Shown in pieces: positions 53,373-64,000 of a DNA stretch of 64,000 bases; position 1 is the stretch's first letter, and every line of letters starts with the position of its first letter. Location of the stretch: positions 55,490,001 through 55,554,000 of the forward strand of contig OZ296656.1 in assembly GCA_965655095.1 (NCBI GenBank). The letters run 5' to 3'. Under the pieces are notes generated by a model. That model was not told the DNA's origin. It did not search any database and saw nothing but the letters and a program-made list of their open reading frames with translations. The stretch comes from Haplodiscus bocki. Taxonomy: Eukaryota. The position numbers and the translations under genes are program-made.

Positions 53373-53782
53373 CATCTTCAACTTCTGAGGCTTCTTTGAG
53401 TATAAAATGACATATTTTGCTGGGCTGGTCGTCATCTTCATCACAATCAGTGAGATTGTCGAAATCAACAATGTCCGACGAGTCATCATCATCAACTTTT
53501 TCATCATCGGAGCGCGGTATAAAACCAGTATCAATGGTACCTAAAAGAGCAAAAAAAAACAATTTTGAAGGAACACTGAGATTTATGCAAAGTGAAAAGT
53601 GCTCAAGGGTGTACAGTAACTTGCAATAGATGAAGGTGATGAGCAATAGGCTACAGAGACATTTTCTGCCCGCCTATGACTCAGTGATGTTGATGATGAA
53701 GTTGTGGAGTGAGTTTCACATTCATCATCATCCGCAAGAACTGCCGTGGTTTTTATCAGCTCACTGTGTACATGTGGGCCAT

Positions 53783-56700
53783 CTAAACACTATTAAAAGA
53801 TGAGAGTCTATGATGTTCAAGTGAAAATTCAGTGGAACCAAAAAGAACATTACAAAAAGTACTTGTCTGATCGAGGGAATAATGACCATAGGCGAAAGAC
53901 TGAATTCCATCCTCCAAGATGAAGCGTTTGCCGTCAAAAGCACTCACGACAATTTTGTTGATTTGAGTCACGAGCAATTGATGCTGTTGAGATTGAATTC
54001 AGGTCACGTTCTTACGAATGTTTCCTCTTGAAGACAAAACATCATTGAAAAGATCTTGGTGAAGGGTTTTTCACGCACTTTTGGACACCCTCGCACTGTT
54101 TGATCCCACTTTCATATTTGATGCTCTAGAGTTTTGAGCGAAGACAAGTCGCTTCCAACATGATTTGACCAGTCAATTCATCTTTCATTGTGAGTGGTAC
54201 TTTTTTGTTTGTGCAATCGAACAATTTGTGATTTTGGAGAAAATCCGACAAATCGAGCAAATGCTTGAAAGACTCCATATCAGAGTAGAGATCATCGGTT
54301 TCTATTCGATGGTACAAAGGATCGGTGTCTTTGTACACGACTTTGAGGCTATCTCCAAACTTGGGTTTCATTTCAATATAATGAAATTTGTAGAGAACAA
54401 TTTTTGATAAGTCCAGTATAGCGGCCCCGACAGGCGTCGGCTTATTCCAAAAAATTGAAGACTCTGAAGTTAACTGACACAAGGCTGTCGTGAATAATTT
54501 GAGAATTCAAAAAGTGGGTTTTAGTGTGCAGGCTTTTGCCTCAGGTTCAGTGGACAAAAACTTGGTTTGTCTGCGATTTCGCAAATTTTGCATTGTCTTA
54601 CCAAAGCAGGCGTTTAAAAGTAGCTTGAAGAAGTTTTTATCGATGTCTGTTTTGGCTTGTTTCCGCAAGGCTGTGTTTTTTGAGATATAATTACCCAACC
54701 AGCAACTTTGATCAAATTGAAGCACACGATGAAGGCGCTTCACCGTTAAACCCTTCTCCACGTTAAAACTTCAAATTTCTAAAATGACAAATATAGAAGT
54801 TTTTATCGAAAAGAGTTTCGACCAGCTTGGCAACTTGCGATGCTGGAATTCCAAAAGACTTCGCATAGTCCGATAGCCATTCAGTTTTGATGTAATTTTT
54901 CGGGAGCGCGCGGCAAATCGTTGTGATGGTCATGCAAATGAAGAGGTTACTCTAAATCAACTTCAACGAAGTACCCAACGCCACCGAAGCAGTCTGCATT
55001 CAGAATGTCATCGATGGTCAAATCGTTTCGCCATTTATAATTGCCACATGGGAGAAGCTGTTGCATCGTTCCGGAATAGAGTCATGTGACATCAAAGAAA
55101 GCCTCAAACACAGATGGCTGAGATTTATCGAAGTCTTCCATGTACTTTTTTTGGCTTTGAAGTGCCTCATAGCACCGATTGCATTGATGCCACCACGAAT
55201 GGCTCGCTCACAAAATAGCAACATGTCAATATCACTCAAGAGACCGATTTCAACTTTAGTGGTATTCAACATTCCTTCCCAACTCAAGTTTGGAGCTCGA
55301 AAAGATGAACTGGGTCCAAATGATACTCTGAGACAAACACCACGGAAAGCTTCAAAGATATCTGCTAAGAGATAGACATCGATAGTCAAATAAAAATCGT
55401 GATAGTCACTTATGTTGTTGCAACGCATCAGTGTATGAATCTCCTTTGCCTTTTCATAGTCTTGTTCACTTATGTCTATTTTTCCAGACACTGTTTCTCC
55501 AAGCGTCCCCGTAAGCAGGAAGAGGCTGGGAAAATTTTTCAAAGCTGTCCAAAAAATTGTCAGGGAAAAAACCTTTGCCTCGAATTTTTCCAAAATCAAA
55601 ATCGCTCATGTCAGAAAACTTGTTTCGAAGCAGTTGGAGTGATGAGGTCTGCATAGTTTTTGCAAGACTTTTAAGGCTCTGAGACATAAATTGAAAACTG
55701 TCCAAGAAACGAATTTCGCTGTCAAGAGGCACATGTCTTCCATCTTTGCATATGTGTTCAGAAAATTTAATTCGTAGTCTGAAAGAAATGTACACCTCAT
55801 CGTTTCTGCTAATGGCTGAAATCTTCTCGCCAGGACGGACAATCAAAGATTTCAAAATATGATGGGCATCATATCTCGACAGGTTGTGGAACAGTACAGG
55901 AAGGATGCGTTTCGTCTGAGCACGCAAGTTGCAATTGGTATGCGCTGTTCTCAAAACTTTCCCCGTTGAATGGCCATGATGTATAACAGGGGAAACAGCA
56001 ACAAATTCATTGCAGATACAACAATTAATATCCACAGTGGACGCTAAGTAGACTTTTTGGTGACTTTTACTCATTGCATCATTTAAATTTTTAAATTTCT
56101 GCCATTCCGAGTCGCACCAATTGTTCCATCGACGAAGGCAGTTCATCAGAGTATTAATACTATCCTCACCGCGGTAAAAAGACTCGGCAATGACAGAATT
56201 GGTTCGACCATCCACCAGAATGGCCCCATAACTAGCCGGAACTTGACGTTCAAGGATAACTGTACTTTTCCCTTTGGCAACATTTATTGCAACATTGAGA
56301 GCCTCCAAATCTGCGTAAACAACGAAAGGACACTTTTGGGTTCTCTCCCAATTCACAAATTTCAATTTGAACTCCTCACTAGGCATCACGATTCTCAGAG
56401 GTTGATTGTCTTCACACAGCCGGATATGATCAGCGTATTTATTTTTTCCGATGGGTAGCATACAATTCACACAAGTTTGTCCTTCGGCCTTTTTCGGCTT
56501 TTCCTAGAGAACGACATAATTTATGCATCAAGTTTTGAAAATTCATTATCAAGCAATAATGAAAATTCAACCCGTCAGTGAGTAGTAACAAGAAAACTTT
56601 TCGGAAGTTGCCCTTCAGCTTACTCCTATGACCACAAAAGAGCAAGCCATCATCATCGCGACTCGAAACGGTGATCGCTAAACTGTTGTTTGTTTCAAAC

Positions 56701-57613
56701 TTTGGAATGTCTCGAAGTTTCATTGGCATAGATGATCTGTCGAAAACAAGTCGATCAATTTTGTCACTATAGTTGGATGGTCGCTCTCGATTTTTTGCGC
56801 AAGGGTAGAGGAATGACAGAATGCAGTATATGAAACAAATTGTCTGACAGATTTCTGATATTCAAAAGGCTATATCGAAACCGAGCAAGTTTTGTTGGAG
56901 TCGGTATAAAGGAACTGCCAGCCAGTGATCAGGTTTTACAAACTTTAATATCCAATGATAGAAGTTTTCCGAGGACCCAGCCTGAGCCCCCACTACAAAA
57001 TACATTGAGTTGTCGAAGAGTTGGTTAACCAATTCATTGAGATCGCATTCATCTATAGACTCCACAACACGTCTTAATCGTGTTGAAAAGTAGGGAAAGA
57101 CATTTTCCCCATCCAATGGTTTCGAAAAGACTACTTGAATGCATAAGCCAACACGTGATATCCCTTGGTTAGTTATCTCTTTGTCAATTAAAAGAGCAAT
57201 ATCAGACCGGTTGCTCATCATAAAAGCGAAAGGATTGACTCCTCCCTGTTGTACGTCCACTCAATGGAGTTTAGGGCTGATACAACTGTTGAAACCTGTG
57301 CAACAGAGGCCCACTTAATTTCATTGACAAATGTTGAAGACGAAAGAGTAGAATGTTCAGCGGCTCTGTGATTACAAAGTGTCGATTCATGCCCAAAAAT
57401 TTTCGGACCCGCATTGCAGCTAATTGTTTTCTTGAATTTATGAACATTTCGCAGGTGACGGAGCAAATTTTTAGACGTAGTGAAAATTGAGTTACAATGT
57501 CCGCAAGTAAAGGCACATAAAGATCGTTCTCGTTTGTTAAGTTCGCGGATATGCTTCAACAATGTTCGTTTTGTATCGAAGACGATACCACAATCAGGGC
57601 AGGGGAGAAACAT
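53783..57613 (-). pseudogene. Protein-primed family-B DNA polymerase (pPolB) with N-terminal C2H2 zinc fingers and an endonuclease-VII-like insert; multiple frameshifts and stops
   Basis: GSGWV, ExoI VYADLE, ExoII FHNLSRYD, RFLDSF, KGFFP, Y...DV.LLADIFE.FR, IRGG, FDVT*LY, KLLLNACFGKT, YKDTDP, DGKR....I..AYGHY. Confidence 0.95.
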
Positions 57614-58177
57614 TTAGCAGTTCGTCAATACCAAAAAAGTCAGTCGATCGAAATGATGCTGGGTGAAATCAAAACTAGTTGCAATCTTTTTGAAATTAGC
57701 CCAATTGATAGTGAAACCCAACCCTACCTTCAAAAATTTTCTCCCGATTTTTTTGCTAATTTCACCGATCATCACAGTGGAATTTTTCGAAGTTCAAGAA
57801 ATAAATGCGTTAATTGAGCTTTGAAGAGTATATTAGGTACAACAAGCGATTAAAAATGATCCTCTAGACAGTGTCTAATTCTGTTAACATTCTATCACAG
57901 CTCTTGTAGAACGAGTTCGAAAGGTTCACACGATCTATCAGATAATGTCAGACGGATCCAACAAACGGTTGACGGACTTGGCGAGACCCCCACATCAGGT
58001 AGACCATTTAGGGAGAGCACTAACTCTAGAACTTTGGCAAGTCTGAAGCTATCTGGACATAAGGATAGATAGCGGTTAAAATAAAATTCACTTGTCAAAT
58101 CGAAGGTATAAAAAGAAGTTCTGTCAAGAGCAAAGTTATTCATCTCAGTTATATCGCAGAAAGCATACGAAAACATA

Positions 58178-58525
58178 ATGCAGAACTTTCTATCTATCAT
58201 AATTCACGATTCCCGCGAAGTAACAGTTCGCAGTAGCAGCCCTCGAAACGGTGAATTTGACATCAAAGTGCTGAAAAAGAGACTTGATGAGTTTGGCGAA
58301 GCGGGTGGTGTGATTGAAACGGAAGTCACTTTCCGTCAATCCTCCTTCACTAATCTTCTGAGGCTCAACTGGACAAAGCTCTTCTTCTCGATGTTGGGCA
58401 AATCCCAAATTCCGGAAGATATGAAGATTCCATCTCTGCCTGACTATGATGTGGGCCTGCGCAATGAGTCAAGATTCACGACAACAATCTACTCGGAAAG
58501 TAGTAAGATGAAATTTCACGCCTGA
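58178..58525 (+). CDS. Maverick accessory ORF, 115 aa, unknown
   Basis: ATG-initiated ORF divergent from pPolB, inside the TIRs. Confidence 0.45.
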   Translation: MQNFLSIIIHDSREVTVRSSSPRNGEFDIKVLKKRLDEFGEAGGVIETEVTFRQSSFTNLLRLNWTKLFFSMLGKSQIPEDMKIPSLPDYDVGLRNESRFTTTIYSESSKMKFHA

Positions 58526-58635
58526 AACCAAAGCAGGTTTTGATAAATCATTAAATATTTAGAAAACTAGTATCTCACTCGCTCAATTGTATTGCATGGT
58601 AATTGGGCAAAATTTGAAAACAATAGCTCAATTGA

Positions 58636-59109
58636 GTGAGGGTTCATTGTTTAGGTCCGAAGAGTGCATTTCGAACATCCGTCAATCTGTTTAATTCCAA
58701 CTGCCACACCAAGAAAGCTGTATACATAACCCTGAAGTTATTCAAGTATGAAGTGGAGTGGTCGCAGTTCACTCGAATTGGCCAAGTCATCACGCTTCAT
58801 CATTGTGAAATGATGCGATTAATCCTCGAATATAACGATTACTTGGAGCAAGCGGCACCAAATATTGACATCAGTGAGGGAGCTAACTTATCTGCACCAG
58901 TAGTAGAAAACGACGAAGAAGAATACAGGCCAATTGTGGTGTTTAGACCGCCACAAAAGAAAGCTAAGACAGCAGCGAAGAATACGCCGCCTAAGAAAAA
59001 TACGAAAAAGACAACAAAGCAAACGGATAAAACCCAGTCCACTTCAGCCGCTACAAATACAGCTACAACAACCAAAACCGAAGATGTTTTGATCGAAAGT
59101 GATGGGTGA
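58636..59109 (+). CDS. Maverick accessory ORF, possible PC4-like fold with acidic then Lys/Thr-rich tail
   Basis: FRTSVNLF...VYITLKLFKY...QVITL...E...L pattern; PPQKKAK NLS-like tail; true start uncertain. Confidence 0.5.
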   Translation: MRVHCLGPKSAFRTSVNLFNSNCHTKKAVYITLKLFKYEVEWSQFTRIGQVITLHHCEMMRLILEYNDYLEQAAPNIDISEGANLSAPVVENDEEEYRPIVVFRPPQKKAKTAAKNTPPKKNTKKTTKQTDKTQSTSAATNTATTTKTEDVLIESDG

Positions 59110-59886
59110 CTTTCGTTGATTAACTTGAATAGGCATATAAGAAATATTCAGCTGGAATTGGAAATTAGAAAAGAGCATTAGTAACATTGTAAATGTTACT
59201 CTATAAGTTTAAACTAAGTATTTCAAACGTATATCTAGCCCGTTTTGCAGGGATTCAATCAGCATTAACTTTATAAAATTGCAATTGAAGTTTGAAACTA
59301 ACCTTTTGTAGAAGAGTTGCTGGAAATTTCCGAAAGTAGCTGAGCATTCTTGCCAATGAATTGAGAGAGCACTGTGCCTTAGGATAAAATTGAAAAGAAA
59401 ATAGACCGCAAAAATTTCAATTTTGGAAAACGCATAGCGAGATCGTTTCAAAAGTAATCTAGTTCGATTCGATCCCACCTCAAGCTCATCCAACTTTTTT
59501 GAACCCAAATTCCGACAAAAATTCGGTTATTTGGTCGAGCGAACAAAATTGACACGAGCAAAAAGAATTTTCCAATCCAAAACCCCTTTTATAATTGTTT
59601 CACAATCCCGCCAGCGCCAGCGGGCTGTTCCATTTGGCCCAGAATTCGCGACTTACATGAAATCCGTCGTAGTATAAACCACTAGGCTACAGGCACCATT
59701 GATTTCAGCTGAAACGAATTGGTCATAAATGCAGTAATGCGAATAAGCAACACCATCGTTTAATACTTTCTTTGAGCATATTTACACGGTATATGCCGAA
59801 AAGAATGGAACGGCATTCACACAACATAGTTTGATCAATATTCTAAGTCAATTAAGTTCAATATGTATGAATTTGATGACGTTATA

Positions 59887-59935
59887 TAGGGAGCCATGAA
59901 ACTGTGCAGGGACCCCCCCCCCAGCATATAGTACT
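59887..59935 (-). repeat. Maverick right TIR
   Basis: TAGGGAGCCATGAAACTGTGCAGGGA-C10-AGCATATAGTACT, the reverse complement of the left TIR with few differences. Confidence 0.95.
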
Positions 59936-61999
59936 TACGTCAAAATTGAAAAGTTTCAAAATTGTAGAGATCAGTATTTAACAGGCAGTAGCTCACATGT
60001 ATCTGGCTTAAATTTAACAAGCTGGGATTATGAAGACGGTATCACATTTTTTTCAGTGTTGTATTCTTAACTTTTTATCGCGCAAATTCAAACCCAAATC
60101 AAAGTTTTTCGTGAAGTATCGTGAAAGTCACTAGAAGCTGAATTTTTCCGCATAAGCGTGTGGGTATGGCAAAAAGTTTCGTTTTACATTTGTAAAATTT
60201 TTGCTAACGCAGGCAAAGTTGTCGCGAAATTTGTACTATTTTTTCGAAAATTTTCGGTTTACACAAAGAGTAGCAGGAATGGTTTCGGTCTTTCTGTTGC
60301 CTGGATTTTTTAATATGTCACGATAATTGAAATAAAAAAGTTGGGTGTTTTTAGCCTTTGGATGATGTCGATGGGATATTCGTTCATTTTGGCTGATATA
60401 CCTTGACAAGCAACGCTTTTTTGTTTTCCGCCCATAGTTATAAATTGGAAGGAAAATTATCCACTGAAAACGCTGAAATCGAACGTGTTTTAGATTTTTG
60501 CCAATTGTTAATTTCCGATGTAAGTGAAACTGTCCGAAGTTCTGACCGTGAAATTTTTCATACCAAATTTCTTGCAAATTTGCCGTAGAATGCAATTGAA
60601 ATAGTGACGTTTCTCAAAACGTACGAAATTTGTTTTTTATGGACTTTTTTCCGGAAAAGAAACTTGATTTTTTTTTCAAAATCGGTAAAGGTAGCAGATT
60701 TACTGTAGAATGTGTATATCAAATGATACTATTTCATAAAAATGTCGTCCATCTGAACAAAGGGTTTTTGCAGAAGTCAGAAAAATTTTAAATTTGGAAA
60801 ATTTATCAAAATTTGCTGAAATTAATTTATTCGAGAAAACGCTTTCATCCTTCTAAAAGGTATCTTTAGCAAAGTTAAAGGGTGGAAAATATGCCGGTGG
60901 TGGCCGGCGATCTTGTATTTTATCTAGTCTAACGCAGAGTTTTTATTGCTTTACCGTCAATGTTCGCTTTTGATGGGATGCTAAGTAATTCAAGGCACCT
61001 TCTTGACTTCTAAACTATTCACATTTTCTGAGATTATGATAATTTCTTTATCAAATAGGTTCTCTTTTCGACTTTATCCGTCAGTTTATGTGACGTTATC
61101 AAACATGCTCTATTACTATGTCAATTTCTTCGCGCTTGTTGCTTATTTTTTATCGATACTTAAAGTAGGCTGTTTTGATAGCAGTTGAAAATTGATAGAA
61201 ATAATTATCTTTCACTTCAGTCACCTCAATGCTCGAACCCCGCCAAGAGCCTATTTTTTTTTAAAAAAATGGAAATTTTTCAATTTGGGAGAAAATGTTA
61301 AAATGGCATAATAAAGAAGGCATAATAAAAGGGCAAATTTTCTTGAAACGTTTTTCTAACAGTTAGAATGCGCCAGAAAATCCCGGTGGTAGCCGTTTGT
61401 TTTGTTTAGTATCCTATAAACAAAGTTCAACTACATTTTTTACATAGAAGCGTTTTTCAGAGCATCTGGCAATGAACATGTTTGGCGACATATCATAGTG
61501 ATCAGAAACCAATGAGTTGCAGGTGCTTGTCTCAACTTGGATTTTCGAGCTTCTTCAATTGTTTTCGGCACTATTGTTGTTTGATTCAATTCTTGGCCGC
61601 GCGATCTCGAAATGTCAATAAGGGACTAAAAACTTGTGTCAATTGCATTTTAAAATCAAATCCTCTTTGAATAATGCTTTTATTTTCCAGTATTTTAGTG
61701 ATCATTGATCGTTTTGTCTTTGAGTTTGTTGCAAAATAGAGATTCGTCTTCGTTAACCATCCACTTTTATGTGCGCACAATCATCGAAAATTGTCTGGAT
61801 AGAAATTGTTCGTATTATTCAAAAATTTAGTTAATATGAGAAGTGAATAAATCAAACCGAAGATGGGCGTAATGCTCAAAATACTTTGAGAGTTATCATT
61901 AAGGTGGCAAACGCCAGCCTATCATGGTCGACGCGTTTTTCTTGTCGTATCGTTCACAACTCGCACGAGATGATAATGGGATGAATCTAGTTAAAGTCG

Positions 62000-62085
62000 G
62001 GGAGCATTTGGATTAGTGGTTAATGACGACAGGCATATGCGTTTGGGTATTGCGACCGTCGGGGTTCCAAGCCCATCTCGGGCAA
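62000..62085 (+). repeat. Degenerate tRNA-derived SINE-like head
   Basis: A-box-like TGGATTAGTGG and B-box-like GGTTCCAAGCCC; no clean cloverleaf. Confidence 0.35.
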
Positions 62086-62647
62086 GTTTTTTGCGCTCGA
62101 TGTTTCCCTTTTTCTAAATTTATCATTTTTTTTGGAAAAACAACCTTTTCTCTCAATTGGGCGAGATGTTTTATGCTGTGAGGAATTTTAAGCAACTTCA
62201 CTCCAAATCGAAACTGTCTGAGTTTTATTGACTATTTTCCCGGAGATTTCAGATTGGTTTAAAAAATGGTTGAATTTTGTGTCATTTTCAAAATTGAGCA
62301 GTCTTTCGACCGTCAAGAATAATTTTTTGCTACTTCCACGCAATGGTTTGCTTTTCCCCGTAAGGTGTCAAGTTTTTTGGGCCCAAAAATGACAATGTAA
62401 TAGGAACCAAAAATATCCGTAAAATTATTGTATAAAAAATGTTATCTTTTGCTGTATTTTTCGTAACTTCCGCTCTTTCAGCTCACGATTAACTTTTTGA
62501 GGTACGCAAGTCGCCTAGATTAGTACAAAACCTTGAGTTTCTAGAAATTTTTCCAACTTCTGAGAATCTTTGTCAAAAATGCTGTTCTAAGTGTTTTAAG
62601 AAGTCATAATAAGTAGGAGGATTCAGCAACAACCTGAATTGTTTCAG

Positions 62648-62897
62648 AGACATCCCCAGCTTCATTTTCGACAAAAGTATCGCTTTGTGGAAACTGCCTC
62701 AAAATGTGTGGAACAATGAGCTGTGCACAGACAAGGATGAGTCACGGGTCAAAATTCCTGGGTCAAGTGGCGATGGGGGAGGTCAAGGAGCAGTCTATTT
62801 CAAGAACAAAAACGTGGATGAAATTACCGGCAGCGGTGAGAAGAAACAGTTAACCATGCCCCTGATATGTCGAAACAAGCTTGAGAAGACGAGCTGA
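62648..62897 (+). CDS. BEST: Bestrophin terminal coding exon 7
   Basis: Acceptor TTGTTTCAG, phase 2 matches exon 6, open to TGA at 62895-62897; spliced CDS totals 1458 nt (486 codons). Tail not conserved, so linkage is inferred. Confidence 0.7.
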
Positions 62898-64000
62898 AAT
62901 GTCAAAATAAGTTCAATTAGCAGTTTGACCTCAAATTATCATCGTAATTACAACATATCTCCTCGAAGATACTGGACCATATTGCATGGCTGGATACTGC
63001 CCGCCATTTAAATATTGAGACTTTTTTCATTTATTCTTTGCGGAAAGCACATTTTCAAAAACACCAACTTTTCGTAAAGAAGAGTGAAGCGCGCGCGTTC
63101 TTATCAATCTTAATAACTTTCATGTCTGTCATTCTAAACGGCGATACTCCGTTTTAGATAACAGTGCAATGACGCGGGTGCTTGTGAACGAGGTCAAACC
63201 TACACAACAGTAGAACACATTTGTGAAATGTCCAAAGATTATTTTAATTAACTGTTTTCACACATTCTGACTGAAAGGAAGAATGTGTATTGAAACTGAC
63301 TTGTGCTTAGTTTTTTTATCCTGTCCAAAACGTGCATTTTTTTGCGTCATCGGAGAGTCCAGTCATGAATTGTAAACTGTCCTAAATGGCCTCTTTTGGG
63401 CAGGTATTGGTTCATTTTCCCGTTCTTTACTGTGAAAATCTTCCAAACATTGAGTATCGAAATAGCGTAATTTGAAAAAAAAACATGATTGACGACGTCT
63501 CAATTTTTGCATATGAGACAGTGTGGTGGTACTCATCTCAATTTCACTTTCGCACAAACTCTTGATTGACAGCTAATGTAGTGTTTCTAAAGGTGTCCAT
63601 TACATTTCTGATCATGGTTTCAGGTGTTTCGGGATCCGTGATATCAACTGACAAGTCAGAATGTGTTGCGAAGTTCCGCTTCGCCTCTGTGTTAGATGAT
63701 TAAATTATTTTCAAATCGCGATCTCTTTCGATCTTCTCCCACCAGTAGTAACGAGATTTTCAACCCCCCCCCCCCCCCTCACGCAGAAGCGACTCGTCTC
63801 TGATTGGCTAAAATTCTTTTGCGGGTGAGTTAAAACACATTACGCCGCTGATTATTTCGCATATTCATTGTGATGTGTGTGTATGTGTGTGGGAGGCAGT
63901 TAAATCAGTTGGGAGAGAGGAGTTATCAGAAAAGATCCTTAAATTAGTTACGATTCATGTGCTACTGTGGGAATTAATTTTGTCGGAAAATTCTTTCCCT

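Larger units (their letters stand above)
44475..59935. mobile_element. Full-length, decayed Maverick/Polinton (endogenous polintovirus), 15461 bp
   Basis: 5'-AG...CT-3' termini, ~49-bp TIRs, TSD TACGTC (44469-44474 and 59936-59941); pPolB, integrase, ATPase, MCP, penton and protease all recognisable. Confidence 0.97.

Noticed and set aside
53204-53410. Poly-Pro/poly-His ORF
   Set aside because: It is a translation of the (CCT)/(CAT) microsatellite, with no other coding evidence.
58537-58654. Possible GT-AG intron joining ORFs 58178 and 58636
   Set aside because: The donor lies after the first ORF's stop and the compatible upstream frame has a stop; unsupported without a consensus or RNA data.
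62000-62085. Functional tRNA gene
   Set aside because: Boxes are degenerate and I could not form the stems; treated as SINE-like.

Overview
AT-rich, repeat-dense eukaryotic (invertebrate-animal-like) genomic DNA with one 200-N gap. The only host gene I can support is a 7-coding-exon bestrophin-family channel on the + strand (16951-62897, GT-AG introns, phases consistent, 485 aa). It is unusually divergent: the acidic Ca2+ clasp and the RFP motif are lost. Its last intron holds a full-length but decayed 15.5-kb Maverick/Polinton (44475-59935; ~49-bp TIRs, 6-bp TSD TACGTC) encoding pPolB, integrase, packaging ATPase, major and minor capsid, adenain protease and accessory ORFs. Notably, the integrase is preceded by a 2A-like NPGP peptide and a PHD finger and has no visible chromodomain, and one orphan ORF carries an HUH-like motif. 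The rest is transposon debris: a nearly intact CR1/L2-type LINE ORF2, degenerate LINE, BEL/Pao and Penelope copies, a 310-bp foldback MITE, a ~167-bp satellite and several hairpin-ended dispersed repeats. All family calls come from manual motif recognition; no searches were run.
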